Part shown: in pieces, positions 19,423 to 29,785 of the stretch | Layout of the letters: every line of letters starts with the position of its first letter | How positions within the stretch are numbered: the stretch's first letter is position 1 | Source of the DNA: an uncultured delta proteobacterium | GTDB lineage: Bacteria > Myxococcota_A > Polyangia > Polyangiales > Polyangiaceae | Direction: 5' to 3' | Assembly: GCA_963716725.1 (NCBI GenBank) | Contig: CAVQUB010000014.1 | Coordinates: forward strand, 1 to 64,000 | DNA length: 64,000 nucleotides | Position numbers and translations under genes: made by a program | The notes under the pieces: model-generated | What the model was told of the DNA's origin: nothing | Seen by the model: the letters and a program-made list of their open reading frames with translations, nothing else | Databases searched by the model: none

Positions 19423-20106
19423 CTAGAGGTCGAACGCCACGCCGCCGAAGGCGCGGACGGTCGTGATGTGATGGATCAGTGAGGGGGCCTCGCCGACCGC
19501 GGCGAGCAGGCGCTGATCGACGGCGGCGCCGAAGCGGAACTGTTTCAGCTCGAAGGCGAGCGTGGCGCTGACGAAGCCGCCAGCGGCGGCGTGGTCGAAG
19601 CGCCTTCCCGTCGCGCGTTCGTCGTCGCGGGCGCGGCGGCAGCTTGCGTAGACTGCGGGGTCGAGGGTGACGGGACAGGGCAGGAGAAAATGCAAACCGT
19701 CATCCCACACCGCATCGGCGTGCGCGTACGAAAAGCCAGCGCTGGGGGTGAGCGACAGGGTGACCTCGTCGCGCTGCACCAGCGGCACGCGATACGACCA
19801 ACCGACATCCAGTACGAGCAGCTTGAAGTGCTCCGGGGCCACGCTGTTGATCGGAACGTCGTAGATCGCGCTGCCGCGTACCAGCGGCCCGTGACGGCCG
19901 GCGAACAGAAGCTCCGCTTCGAGCCCGCCCGCTGCCGGCAAGCCGAGCGCGTAGCCGCCGTAGTGTCCAGCATCGAACCCGCCGCGCGTCTGGCGTAACC
20001 CCAGGCCCGCGCTCGCGCTGAGGTTGACACGATGGCGTTCCGGCGGCGCTCCATGCGCCAGGTTGGCAGAAATCAGCAATGCGAGGACGATACCAAGTCG
20101 TTTCAT
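19423..20106 (-). CDS. Exported protein, possibly outer-membrane beta-barrel
   Basis: Signal peptide MKRLGIVLALL...AHG, alternating beta-strand pattern, C-terminal VAFDL. Confidence 0.55.
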   Translation of the reverse strand: MKRLGIVLALLISANLAHGAPPERHRVNLSASAGLGLRQTRGGFDAGHYGGYALGLPAAGGLEAELLFAGRHGPLVRGSAIYDVPINSVAPEHFKLLVLDVGWSYRVPLVQRDEVTLSLTPSAGFSYAHADAVWDDGLHFLLPCPVTLDPAVYASCRRARDDERATGRRFDHAAAGGFVSATLAFELKQFRFGAAVDQRLLAAVGEAPSLIHHITTVRAFGGVAFDL

Positions 20107-20636
20107 CGGCTCACCCAACTCTTCGGGCGTCGATCCGATTCCCAGGTGGCGAGGCAGGAGACCACCACGAGCTACACGTACAACGAAACCACGAACGCCA
20201 GCTGCCTCGGCGGGGCTTTCCGGTGGAAGGAACGCCGACCGATTGCCACATTCTGCTCACCTGCCGCTCGCTCCGCTCGAATAGTTTCTGCCATCTTTTG
20301 CGTCGAACCCCGCGATTGGTACTGTGCCGCCATTGGAGCGTCCACCGCAGATGAAGTGCGCCGGTCTCGCGGCTTGTTCGCAGAATGCGCAACTGCGCTC
20401 CCCTCGGTGCGGACACGATCCAAAGGCTTGAAGGAGAACGCGATGAAACACCCTCGGGGCGACAATTCCGCGACGGAGTCGACATGCTCGTTTCTGATGG
20501 TGCACTCGGTGCACGCGCACAGCTAGCAAAGCCGAGACCAGAGCGGAATCGTACACTTGGAGCTACGGCGCGAACACCACGCCTCGAACCTCACGTTTCC
20601 ACGGCGTCCGCACCATCGCCGGCAAACGGAGCCGCC

Positions 20637-21166
20637 ATGAGGTCCTTTTCAGCACTCGTTCTCTTGCCGCTCATGGTCGCGTGCCATTCTTGATGAGCTA
20701 TTCCGAAACCGTCGGACACGACCCCGCGCGGCGAAATGGCTATTCGCTCGTGGGAAGCACGCTCTACCTGTGGGACTTGAATGAGATCCACACCCTCGCT
20801 CCGAACGACACGACCACGACTTGGGCGAAGCCCGGCGTGGGTATCTACGCCGCACAGGTTGCGAGCGGCTCCGGGACCTTGCTCGGCTTGGTGAGCGCCG
20901 CAACCACCTGGAAGCTTTCCGGACGGAATGCGGACTGCAAGATTGAGGGAACGCTCCTCGATTCGCCGACGAAGGGCGGGGAAGCGTTCGTGATGTACGT
21001 CGAGTGGAGATCGCTGACACGTCAGCTGCAAGCTGGTCTGTCGGCGCTAGATGTCAGTGCACGCCCCGGACCGAGATCGGACAGCACACGTCGAAGTCCG
21101 TCGGGTCGCTCGCTTGCTCCGGCCGGCACCCCTTGGCGAGGGCGGAGTCTTGTTCGCTCTTGCTGA
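20637..21166 (+). pseudogene. Possible frameshifted lipoprotein
   Basis: ggag RBS + MRSFSALVLLPLMVAC, then a stop; protein-like sequence continues in ORF 20681-21166. Confidence 0.35.
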
Positions 21167-21551
21167 CACAATCGAGCTTGCGTGCCTCGTTGGTTCCCGC
21201 GCAGCTGGAGTCGGTCAGGGTGTCCGCGGGTTCGGTGCAAGCCAAGGTTGCGGCTTGTTCGGGCTGACCCGTGACGGTCGTCGGGCAGCATACGTCGTTC
21301 CCCCCGGGCTTTTCGACGACGCACCCGGCGGCGACGGCCTGATCGGTCTGATCCTGGTTGCTGCAGTCGAGCTTGCGCGGACCGCCAGCGTTCCCGGCGC
21401 AGTCGGGGTTGTTGTTTGCGTCCGCCTTCTGACGGCAGGCTATCGGGTTGGGACCGCCGCCTCCATCGGAGCCCGATCCGCAGCCGGCTTGCGTGAGGGT
21501 GGCGAGTGAGAACGTGAGCAGCAGTGAGTGGTAAATGAACTGCCTCGACAT
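21054..21551 (-). CDS. Small lipoprotein with a duplicated Cys-rich domain
   Basis: RBS gaggag, lipobox QAGC, two copies of C..CAG...RKLDC...A.A.GC..E...DVCCP. Confidence 0.8.
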   Translation of the reverse strand: MSRQFIYHSLLLTFSLATLTQAGCGSGSDGGGGPNPIACRQKADANNNPDCAGNAGGPRKLDCSNQDQTDQAVAAGCVVEKPGGNDVCCPTTVTGQPEQAATLACTEPADTLTDSSCAGTNEARKLDCVSKSEQDSALAKGCRPEQASDPTDFDVCCPISVRGVH

Positions 21552-21696
21552 GGGGTGGCGCTCCTCGGGAGCAAGCTAGCCGATCGGTGCGTGTTTGGGG
21601 GGCGATTCGTCGGCGGGCGGGTTTGTGCCGCACGGCGGGCGACGCGACCGATGTCGCCGTAGGCCCGCCACCGGCGCCACCGGCGTCACCGGAGCC

Positions 21697-21839
21697 GTGG
21701 GCGCCAAACGCCACGCCGGAACGCGTTGCGACGTGGTGAATGTCGCGGTGGACGCCAAACGCCACGCGGTCGCGCGTTGCGACGTGGTCGATGTCGCGGT
21801 GGACGCCAAACGCCACGCGGTCGCGCGTTGCGACGTGGT
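21697..21839. repeat. Intergenic tandem repeat, 51 bp x ~2.8, with internal hairpin
   Basis: Unit gtggacgccaaacgccacgcggtcgcgcgttgcgacgtggtcgatgtcgcg at 21697, 21748 and 21799. Confidence 0.9.
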
Positions 21840-21883
21840 GGGTGTCGTGGAGTGGCCCCGCTATTTGTGGGGGCCGGCCCCGT

Positions 21884-22678
21884 TCAGCTGCGTTCTTCCG
21901 CCAGCAGACGCTCGGCCTCGATCCCGCTCGACTCGAGGAAGCGCTGCGCGAGCTCGTTGTCGCCGCGTACGAGCTCGTGGGGCGTGCCGCTCGCCACGAT
22001 CTGGCCCTGGTCCAACAGGTAGATCTGGTCCGCGATGCGAAGCGCGCCCGCCATGTCGTGAGAGATCACGATGCTGGTCACGTCGAATCGGTTGCGGGTC
22101 GAGACGATCAGATCGTCCACCATGCGGCTGGTGATCGGATCGAGGCCGCTGGTCGGCTCGTCGTACATGATCACCTCGGGCTCGAGCATCAGCGCGCGAG
22201 CCAAGCCGACGCGCTTGCGCATGCCGCCGGACAGCTCGCTCGGCGCGCGGTGCTCGATGTTCTCGAGGCCGAGGATCTTCAGCTTCTCTTTGACGCGCGC
22301 GCGGATCTCTTTTTCGGACAGGTTCGTGTGCTCGCGCAGGGGGAAGGCGACGTTGTCGAGCACGTTCATGCTGTCGAGCAGCGCCGAGTACTGAAAGACC
22401 ATGGACATCTTGCGACGCACGTCGCTCATCTTGCGCTCCGAGAGCGGCACGATGTTCGTCCCCGAGACCACCACCTCGCCGCTGGTGGGCTTGTCGAGCC
22501 CGATCAGGATCTTCAGCAGCGTGGTCTTGCCCGCCCCCGAGCCGCCGATGATCACCGCGATGTCGCCGCGGCCGACGCGCAGGTGAACGTCCCGGAGCGC
22601 GTAGAAGTCCCCGTAGCGCTTGTTCACGCCGCGCACGACGATATGGTCGGCTCGTTCGTCGGTCACCGCGCCCACCAT
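21884..22678 (-). CDS. mlaF: ABC ATP-binding protein, MlaF-like
   Basis: GGSGAGKT, FQYSALLDSMNV, LSGGMRKRVGLARA, YDEPTSGLDP. Confidence 0.85.
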   Translation of the reverse strand: MVGAVTDERADHIVVRGVNKRYGDFYALRDVHLRVGRGDIAVIIGGSGAGKTTLLKILIGLDKPTSGEVVVSGTNIVPLSERKMSDVRRKMSMVFQYSALLDSMNVLDNVAFPLREHTNLSEKEIRARVKEKLKILGLENIEHRAPSELSGGMRKRVGLARALMLEPEVIMYDEPTSGLDPITSRMVDDLIVSTRNRFDVTSIVISHDMAGALRIADQIYLLDQGQIVASGTPHELVRGDNELAQRFLESSGIEAERLLAEERS

Positions 22679-22774
22679 AGCCGAGGCGCGCGGGAGGGCA
22701 ATTTCCGGGGCGGGGTGGGCGAGGCCCCTCGCGGGCTTGACGCGGCCGCGCTTCGGGGTTTCTTCCGGTGCGCC

Positions 22775-23056
22775 ATGACCGATGATCACCTGAGCGCGTT
22801 GCTGGCCCTGTGCGAAGCCGGGAAGAAGGACAAAGAGGGTTGGTTCCACCTGCCCGAGGGGCGTCACCTCACGTTGCACGCGGCCTTCGCTGGCGCTTCG
22901 CTGAATGTCGCTCGGATCGCCGATCTCAAGCGCGACGGCGAGCTGGTCGTGGTGCGCACGGTCAAGGGCGAGACTTACATGCTCGCGCTCTCCGACGTGT
23001 TCGCCGGTGCGGTGGAGGCGTCCCCGGCGCAGTCCCGCAAAGCCGGCTTCGTATGA
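22775..23056 (+). CDS. Hypothetical protein
   Basis: 93 aa, protein-like, ends RKAGFV and adjoins the next gene. Confidence 0.65.
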   Translation: MTDDHLSALLALCEAGKKDKEGWFHLPEGRHLTLHAAFAGASLNVARIADLKRDGELVVVRTVKGETYMLALSDVFAGAVEASPAQSRKAGFV

Positions 23057-23110
23057 GCCCCGCCGCCTGGGGCTCTGCGTCGCTCGGCGGTCCGCGCTCC
23101 GCCTGAGCCC

Positions 23111-23938
23111 ATGGCCTGGCTGTCGAGCCTGCTCGGGGGCCTGCTCGCGTTCATCGTCGGAGATCTGATCCGCGTTCGACGGCGTCATGTGGTCGATTCG
23201 ATGCGTCGGGCCGGGATCGCTGATCCGGAGCGCAACGCGAGCGCGATGTACCGATCGCTGGGCAGGGCGCTCTTCGATCTCGCCTTCGCGCCGTGGCTCC
23301 TGAAGCGCGTGCAGATCGATCCCCGCGCCATCTCGCTGGCAAGAGAGCGCGGCGCGGTGATCGCCACCGCGCACACCGGCAGCTTCGATCTCGTGGCTTG
23401 CGCGGCGGCGCGCGCGCTCTCGTTCACGGTCGTGACCAAGCGCCTCAGCATCCGGTTCTTGGATGGGATCTGGCAGGGCTGGCGCTCCGGGCGCGGTGTG
23501 TCGCTGGTCGCCGCCGGCGACGCGGCGAGGGCGGCGCGTCGTGCACTCGCGAGTGGAGGCTGCGTGGCCATGATGTTCGACCAGGCGCCGGAACGAGAGC
23601 GCGGTACGGTGCTCGCTCCCTTCCTGGGGCAGATCGCGCGGGTAGATTTAGCGCCTGCGCTCATCGCGGCGCGGGCGCGTGTGCCGCTCCTGGTGGTGCT
23701 GGCGCGACGAACGCCCGACGGTGACCACTGGGCGGAGCTGGTGCTTGCGCTCGAGCCGCCCGCGCGGCCGGAAGCCAGGCGCGCCTGGGCCGAAGCCGCG
23801 ATGGTGGCCGCAACCGCCGAGCTCGACGCGCTGGTGCGTCGTCACCCCGATCAGTGGCTGTGGATGCACCGGCGCTGGAAGGACGCGCCCGCCGCGGCCG
23901 CGCCGTCTTTTGGCCCGAGCGCCGTGGAAATGCGCTAG
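23111..23938 (+). CDS. Lipid A / lysophospholipid acyltransferase (LpxL-like)
   Basis: TAHTGSFD, FDQ, PFLG, PDQWLWMHRRWK. Confidence 0.88.
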   Translation: MAWLSSLLGGLLAFIVGDLIRVRRRHVVDSMRRAGIADPERNASAMYRSLGRALFDLAFAPWLLKRVQIDPRAISLARERGAVIATAHTGSFDLVACAAARALSFTVVTKRLSIRFLDGIWQGWRSGRGVSLVAAGDAARAARRALASGGCVAMMFDQAPERERGTVLAPFLGQIARVDLAPALIAARARVPLLVVLARRTPDGDHWAELVLALEPPARPEARRAWAEAAMVAATAELDALVRRHPDQWLWMHRRWKDAPAAAAPSFGPSAVEMR

Positions 23939-23955
23939 AAGCACGGCACAAATCC

Positions 23956-25040
23956 ATGAGCCCCGCCTCCACCGAAAGTGTGAGCATCGCGCTGATCGGC
24001 CACGGCGTGTGGGGCGAGAAGATCGCGCGGACCCTCGGACGAGTGCCGCGGGCGAGCCTGCACACGGTCTGCGACGTCTCCGAGCCAGCACGGCAGCGCG
24101 CGAAGGCGGCCTCACCGAAGCGTGCGAGTCGCTGCTTGTCTGGACGAGGTGATCGAACGCGACCAAGCGCGCGCGGTCATCATCGCGACGCCGCCGGCAT
24201 CGCATGCCGAGCTCGCGCTCAGGGCCATCGAGGCCGGTCTCGACGTGATGGTCGAAAAGCCCATGGCGCTCTGCCTCGATCAAGCTCGGCGCTTGGAGGG
24301 CGCGGCGCGCGAGGCGGGGCGCGTGCTGATGGTCGGGCACATCCTCGAGTACCATCCCGCCGTGGTCGAGCTCAGAAGGCGGATCACCGACGGTGAGCAT
24401 GGGCGAGGTGCAGGTCGTGATCTCCGAGCGCCTGAGCTCCAGCCTTTCGCGACACGAAGACGCCTGGTGGTCATTGGGGCCCCACGACGTGAGCGTGCTG
24501 CGATTCTTGACCGGCGAGAGCCCGACTCGCGTCGCGGTGTCGAGCTCGGCGGCAGGTCCGGTCAACGTCGCGGCGGCGCGCATCGAGTGCGGGCAGGGCA
24601 GCCTCGGGCTCGCGCACTTCTCCTTGGTCGACGCCCAAAAGGTTCGGCGAATCGTGGTGGTGGGCAGCGAGCGCGTGGCCATCTTCGACGATCTGCGGGA
24701 GGAACAACGCCTCTCCTTCGTCGATGTCGACGACGTGGGCATGGCTCGCCTCGCGGACGTCGTCGGACTGGCGCGCGAGTACTCGCCGGCGCGGCAGAGT
24801 GCGCGGGATGTGCTCGACGGCGTGGCGCCGAATCGCTGGCTGCCGCTCGGAGCCGGCTCGGGCATTCGAGTCGAGCCTCGGGCCGCCCTGGAGCTCGAGG
24901 CCGAGCACTTCGTCTCGGGCGTGCTCGATGGCCGGCCGGTGCAGAGCGACGCCACCAGCGGGCGCGAGGTCGTTGCGGTGCTCGTTGCCGGACAGCGTTC
25001 CCTCGAGCAGGGCGGATTCGCGGAGGTCGCGCTTGACTGA
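23956..25040 (+). CDS. Gfo/Idh/MocA oxidoreductase (two frameshifts)
   Basis: IGHGVWG, IATPPASH, VEKPMA, MVGHILEYHP, WWSLGPHD across three frames. Confidence 0.85.
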
Positions 25041-25536
25041 CACCGGCGCCGAGACCGACGCCCGCACACGGGTGCGCGCGCGCTGCATCGCCGTGCGCGT
25101 GGGCGTGGGGCTCTACGGCTTGCCCGTCGAGCAGGTTCAGGAGGTGATCGCGATGCGGCCCATCACGCGGGTCTTTCACGCGCCAGCCGCCCTGGCGGGA
25201 GTGACGAACCTGCGCGGCGAGGTGCTGCCGGTGCTCGAGCTGGGCATCCTGCTCGGCGCCGAGGCCGAGACTCCCACCGCCGACGCGCGCATCGTCGTGG
25301 TCCGGGAGCCGACGGGCCAGAAACGCCGCGCCGGGCTCCGCGTCGACGAGCTCTCGGGGCTGCGCGACGTGCCGGCCGAGCTCGCGCCGGCGCCACAGAC
25401 GGCCGGTGAGCGTGCGCGCGCCGCGATCCGCGGGGTCATCACCGAGGCTCCGCCCTGCGCCCTGCTCGACGTGCCGTCGCTCTTGGATTCGTCGCTCTTG
25501 GTCGGGCTCGCGGGGCGGGGCGGGGACGACGCCTGA
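25033..25536 (+). CDS. cheW: Chemotaxis protein CheW
   Basis: YGLPVEQVQEVI, GVTNLRGEVLPVL, GLRVD. Confidence 0.9.
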   Translation: MTDTGAETDARTRVRARCIAVRVGVGLYGLPVEQVQEVIAMRPITRVFHAPAALAGVTNLRGEVLPVLELGILLGAEAETPTADARIVVVREPTGQKRRAGLRVDELSGLRDVPAELAPAPQTAGERARAAIRGVITEAPPCALLDVPSLLDSSLLVGLAGRGGDDA

Positions 25537-26345
25537 TGGCGCTGGGCGCAGAGCGGCGACGACTTCACGGCGTCGTGCTGGAGCTGCTCGAGAAGCGCCA
25601 CGGGGTTGGTACCAAGGCCGCAGGCGTCAGCGCGTGGATGGAGCTGCGGCTCGACCGCGCGCTCGACGCCTTGGCGATCGACGCGGACGGAACGCTGGAT
25701 GGCGCCGTCGAGCTCTTGCGGCGCGAGCCGACGCGGCTCGAAGAGATCGCCGAGCGATTGCGCGTCGGAGAGACGCGTTTCTTTCGCGACCCACCCCAGT
25801 GGGAGGCGCTGCGCGGGGTCGGCGTCGCGCCCTTCCGAGGCCGCGATCGCGTGCGCGCCCTCTCGGTGGGTTGTTCGACGGGAGAAGAAGGCTGGAGCTT
25901 GGCCATGGCGCTCGACGACTGCCTGGGACGCGGCGCCACTTATCGAGTGGTCGGCATGGATCGCAGCGAGGCCGCCATCAGCGCGGCGCGCGTCGGACTG
26001 TATTCGTCGAGCCAGGCCCGGCACGTGCCCCGGGAGCTGGCCTCGCGCTACCTGAGCGAGCAAGGCGACGCGAGCCAGGTGACCGAGGGGCTGCGCGGCA
26101 GCGTATCGTTCGTGGTCCGGGACGCCATGATCGGGCCACCGCCGGGTCGCTACGAGATCGTGCTGTGCAAGAACCTGCTGATCTACTTTGGCAACGAGGC
26201 GGCGGAACGTGCCGTGAGCCTGATGCTGCGCAGCCTCGCCGACGGTGGCTTCTTGATGGTCGCCAAGAGCGAGGTGCCGCGCGTCAAGGGCCTGGGTCAC
26301 CGCGCCGAGGAACTCGCGCCGGGCGTGGTGGTCTTCCGCGCTTGA
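25536..26345 (+). CDS. cheR: CheR-type methyltransferase
   Basis: [25 protein letters not shown]. Confidence 0.9.
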   Translation: MALGAERRRLHGVVLELLEKRHGVGTKAAGVSAWMELRLDRALDALAIDADGTLDGAVELLRREPTRLEEIAERLRVGETRFFRDPPQWEALRGVGVAPFRGRDRVRALSVGCSTGEEGWSLAMALDDCLGRGATYRVVGMDRSEAAISAARVGLYSSSQARHVPRELASRYLSEQGDASQVTEGLRGSVSFVVRDAMIGPPPGRYEIVLCKNLLIYFGNEAAERAVSLMLRSLADGGFLMVAKSEVPRVKGLGHRAEELAPGVVVFRA

Positions 26346-26382
26346 CGTTGCTTGCCGGGCCCGTCGGCGTTATGCCCCGGCC

Positions 26383-27162
26383 ATGTCCAGCGAAGATCTC
26401 CTGAAGATCGGCGGCCACACCTTTCGCTCGCGGCTGTTCGTGGGCACGGGCAAATACACGAGCGTGGATCAGACCCGCGCTGCGCTCGAGGCCTCCGGCG
26501 CCGAGGTGGTCACCGTCGCGCTCCGCCGCGTGAAGCTGGAAGAGCGCGGCGAGGGATCGCTGATGCAGCTCCTGATGAGCAAACGCTGGACCTTGTTGCC
26601 GAACACCGCCGGCTGCTTCAGCGCCGACGAGGCGGTGCGCACCCTGCGCCTGGCGCGGGAGCTCGGCATGGGCGATCTGGTCAAGCTCGAGGTCATCGGC
26701 GATCCGCGGACGCTGTATCCGGACAACGAACAGACCGTCGAGGCGGCTCGAGTGTTGGTCAAAGAGGGCTTCACCGTATTGCCCTACTGCATCGACGATC
26801 CCATCGTCTGCCGGAAGCTCGAAGAGGCGGGCTGCGCCGCGGTGATGCCGCTGGCCGCGCCCATCGGCTCGGGTCTCGGCATCCGGAACCCTTACAACCT
26901 GCGCATCATCCTGGAGCAGGCGAAGATCCCGGTGATCGTCGACGCCGGAGTGGGCACCGCCAGCGACGCCGCCGTGGCCCTCGAGCTCGGCTGTCACGGC
27001 GTCTTGATGAACACCGCCATCGCCGAAGCCCGCGATCCCGTCTTGATGGCCACCGCCATGCGCGAGGCGGTCAGCGCGGGACGCAAGGCCTTCCTCGCCG
27101 GTCGCATGCCGAAGCGCTTGTACGCCAACGCATCGAGCCCCACCGCGGGCCTGATCGAGTAA
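26383..27162 (+). CDS. thiG: Thiazole synthase
   Basis: [39 protein letters not shown]. Confidence 0.97.
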   Translation: MSSEDLLKIGGHTFRSRLFVGTGKYTSVDQTRAALEASGAEVVTVALRRVKLEERGEGSLMQLLMSKRWTLLPNTAGCFSADEAVRTLRLARELGMGDLVKLEVIGDPRTLYPDNEQTVEAARVLVKEGFTVLPYCIDDPIVCRKLEEAGCAAVMPLAAPIGSGLGIRNPYNLRIILEQAKIPVIVDAGVGTASDAAVALELGCHGVLMNTAIAEARDPVLMATAMREAVSAGRKAFLAGRMPKRLYANASSPTAGLIE

Positions 27163-27214
27163 GAACGCCGATCCGCGCTTGGCCGCCTGACCGTTTCCCG
27201 GCAGAGTGCGCCGG

Positions 27215-28432
27215 ATGACGTTGGCGCCCTTGACCGCCTATCAGAAGCGCCTGTTCGCGTTTCTGAGCGTGGCGACCTTCTTCGAGGGCTACGACTTCAT
27301 GGCGCTCACGCAGATCCTGCCGAATCTGCGGGCCTCGCTGGGCATGAACGAAGCCCAGGCCGGCTTGATGGTGGGCTTCATCAACGTCGGCACCGTGCTC
27401 GCGTACTTCCTGGTGCGCAAGGCCGATCGCTGGGGTCGGCGTCGCGTGCTCACGGTGACCATCGCCGGCTACACGGCGTTCACGTTCCTGAGCGGCTTTT
27501 CGCCCAACGTCTGGGTGTTCGCCGCGTTCCAGATGGTCGCGCGCATCTTTCTGTTGGCCGAGTGGGCCATCAGCAGCGTGATCGCGGCCGAAGAGTTCCC
27601 CGCGGCGCGGCGCGGCATGGTGATCGGGGTGATCAGCGCCTCGGGCAGCTTGGGCTCCGTCGTCTGCGCGGGTGTGGTGCCGCTCTTGCTCCAGTCGCCG
27701 TGGGGTTGGCGCACCGTATATTTCGTTGGCATCGTCCCCCTCCTCATCCTGGCCTTCGCGCGGCGCAGCCTGCGCGAGACCAAGCGCTTCGAGCAGCAGG
27801 TGAAGAGCGACGCGGAGCGGCCGCTGCTCGGGATCTGGCGCACTCCCTACCGGCGGCGGGTGGCCGAGCTCGGAGCGATCTGGCTGTTGACCTACGTCTG
27901 CACCCAGACCGGCGTCACCTACTGGAAGGAGTTCGCGGTCGCCGAGCGCGGCTTCACCGATGGTCAGGTCGGGCTCTCGATCACCATCGCCGCCGTGGTC
28001 GCCATGCCGCTCGTTTTTCTGTCCGGCAAGGCACTGGACATCGTCGGGCGGCGCCGCGGCGCCTTGGTGATCTACACCCTGACTTCCCTGGGCGTATTCT
28101 TCGCCTACACCTTTCACGACCGTTGGGCGCTCACCTTTGCGCTGATGTTCGGCATCTTCGGCGCGAGCGCGTTCTTGCCCGTCATGAACGCATACACCAC
28201 CGAGCTCTTCCCGACCGAGCACCGCGGGGATGCCTTCGCCTGGAGCAACAACCTCATCGGTCGCGTGGGCTACGTGCTCTCGCCGGCGCTGGTCGGCTGG
28301 TTCGCGCACAGCGTGGGCTGGAGCAACGCGGTGCGAGTCACCACCATCTTCCCGCTGGTGGCCGTGGCGCTGATCCTGGTGCTCTTGCCCGAGACGCGCA
28401 ATCGCGAGCTCGAGGAGACCGCTGCGCTGTGA
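27215..28432 (+). CDS. MFS transporter
   Basis: About 12 TM helices; ADRWGRR, DIVGRR and ELFPT motifs. Confidence 0.9.
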   Translation: MTLAPLTAYQKRLFAFLSVATFFEGYDFMALTQILPNLRASLGMNEAQAGLMVGFINVGTVLAYFLVRKADRWGRRRVLTVTIAGYTAFTFLSGFSPNVWVFAAFQMVARIFLLAEWAISSVIAAEEFPAARRGMVIGVISASGSLGSVVCAGVVPLLLQSPWGWRTVYFVGIVPLLILAFARRSLRETKRFEQQVKSDAERPLLGIWRTPYRRRVAELGAIWLLTYVCTQTGVTYWKEFAVAERGFTDGQVGLSITIAAVVAMPLVFLSGKALDIVGRRRGALVIYTLTSLGVFFAYTFHDRWALTFALMFGIFGASAFLPVMNAYTTELFPTEHRGDAFAWSNNLIGRVGYVLSPALVGWFAHSVGWSNAVRVTTIFPLVAVALILVLLPETRNRELEETAAL

Positions 28433-28853
28433 GTGAGCCGCCAGATCAGTCCGAGCCGCGTGGCGGGTTCTTCGTGCGCGTGGTGCCCGCGCTGCTCTAC
28501 GTCGCGACCATCTTCTACGGAGGCTTGATGCGCCCGGGTGGCGGTGGGCCGGCTTCCCCCACGCCGACAAAGCGCTGCACGCGATCGCCTTCGGAATGAT
28601 GCAGGTCGTGGTGCTCCGCGCCCTTCGCTACCTGCTGCCGGGGCTCGGCTTTCGAAAGCAGAACCTGGGGGCGTTTGCCTTGGTCGTGGCGGCTGGCGGG
28701 CTGCTCGAACTCGCGCAGTTGTCGTCGGCCTTTCGCAGCGCCGAGTGGCTCGATCTCTTGGCCGACGCCGTGGGCGCGGGCCTGGTGGCCCTGGTGTTTG
28801 CTCGGCAGGCGCGACGCGAGACTTGCGCGGGCGCGGGACAACCGGAATCATGA
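28429..28853 (+). CDS. VanZ-like membrane protein (frameshift ~28555)
   Basis: DKALHAIAFG, ELAQ, RSAEWLDLLADAVG. Confidence 0.75.
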
Positions 28854-28857
28854 GCCC

Positions 28858-29133
28858 GTGCGTGTGATCGCCTTGGCCGTGTGCGCCGCTCTGGGCTGGG
28901 CGCCGATGCAATGCGCCTCGGAGCCGAACCCGGCCGAGCGCCGCTACGAGACTCCAGGCGAGGCGCTCTACGGTCTGGCGGATCAGTTCAAGGCCAAGGG
29001 CGATCCGGGCGCCTGGCGCTCGACGCTCGAGTACCTGGTGGCGCGCTATCCGAACAGCCGCTTTGCGAAGATGGCAAAAGACGATCTCGAAGCCGCCGCG
29101 CCCGCGGGCGCCAAAGCCTCCGGCCAGAAGTGA
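28858..29133 (+). CDS. Small exported TPR-like protein
   Basis: EALYGLA...LVARYPNSRFA; hydrophobic N-terminus. Confidence 0.6.
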   Translation: MRVIALAVCAALGWAPMQCASEPNPAERRYETPGEALYGLADQFKAKGDPGAWRSTLEYLVARYPNSRFAKMAKDDLEAAAPAGAKASGQK

Positions 29134-29722
29134 CGCGCCGCGCCTGATCGTGGTCAGCGACTTCACGCGTGGTCCCGAGGCCACGCTGCTGGCGCGGATC
29201 GAGCGTTGCTTGTCGAGCGCGATGCCCGGCAGCGTGCTGGTCCAGCTGCGAGAACCCGATCTCGCGACGCGCGCGCGCCTCGCGCTCGGTCGGCGCCTGC
29301 TGGAAATCACTCGACGCCACCAGCAGCGCTTCGCCGTGAACGACCGCCTCGATCTCGCCCGCCTGCTCCAGGCGGACGCCGTGCACCTGGGTGAAGGCAG
29401 CGTCGGGGTCGCGGACGCCCGGCGGCTGATGCCCGACGCGTGGATCAGCTGCGCGTGGCACGCCAAGGCCTCGCCACCGGAGGGGGCCGATGCCCTGGTG
29501 CTCTCTCCGGTCTTCGAGGCGCGACACGGCCGGCCCGCGCTGGGTCTGGACGCGATCGGCAGCGCAGCCGGTGGGCCGCCGATCTACGCGCTCGGCGGCG
29601 TGACACCCGAGCACGCGGCGCGCGCCGTCGAGGCAGGAGCCGCGGGGGTCGCGGTGATCGGCGCGGTGATCGACCAAGACGATCCAGGGCCGCTGCTCGC
29701 TGCACTGGGCATGCTTCGGTGA
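29130..29722 (+). CDS. thiE: Thiamine phosphate synthase family
   Basis: VQLRE, VNDRLD, VHLG, LSPVF, ALGGV. Start uncertain. Confidence 0.85.
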
Positions 29723-29785
29723 GAGGCCGGGGTGGCGCCCACCCTTCACCGAGGCCCGGTCGCGGGGTATACCGCCTGCCGACCC

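Noticed and set aside
21697..21839. CRISPR array
   Set aside because: Contiguous tandem units with no unique spacers.
26346..26382. TPP riboswitch upstream of thiG
   Set aside because: The gap is only 37 bp and no TPP aptamer core was seen.
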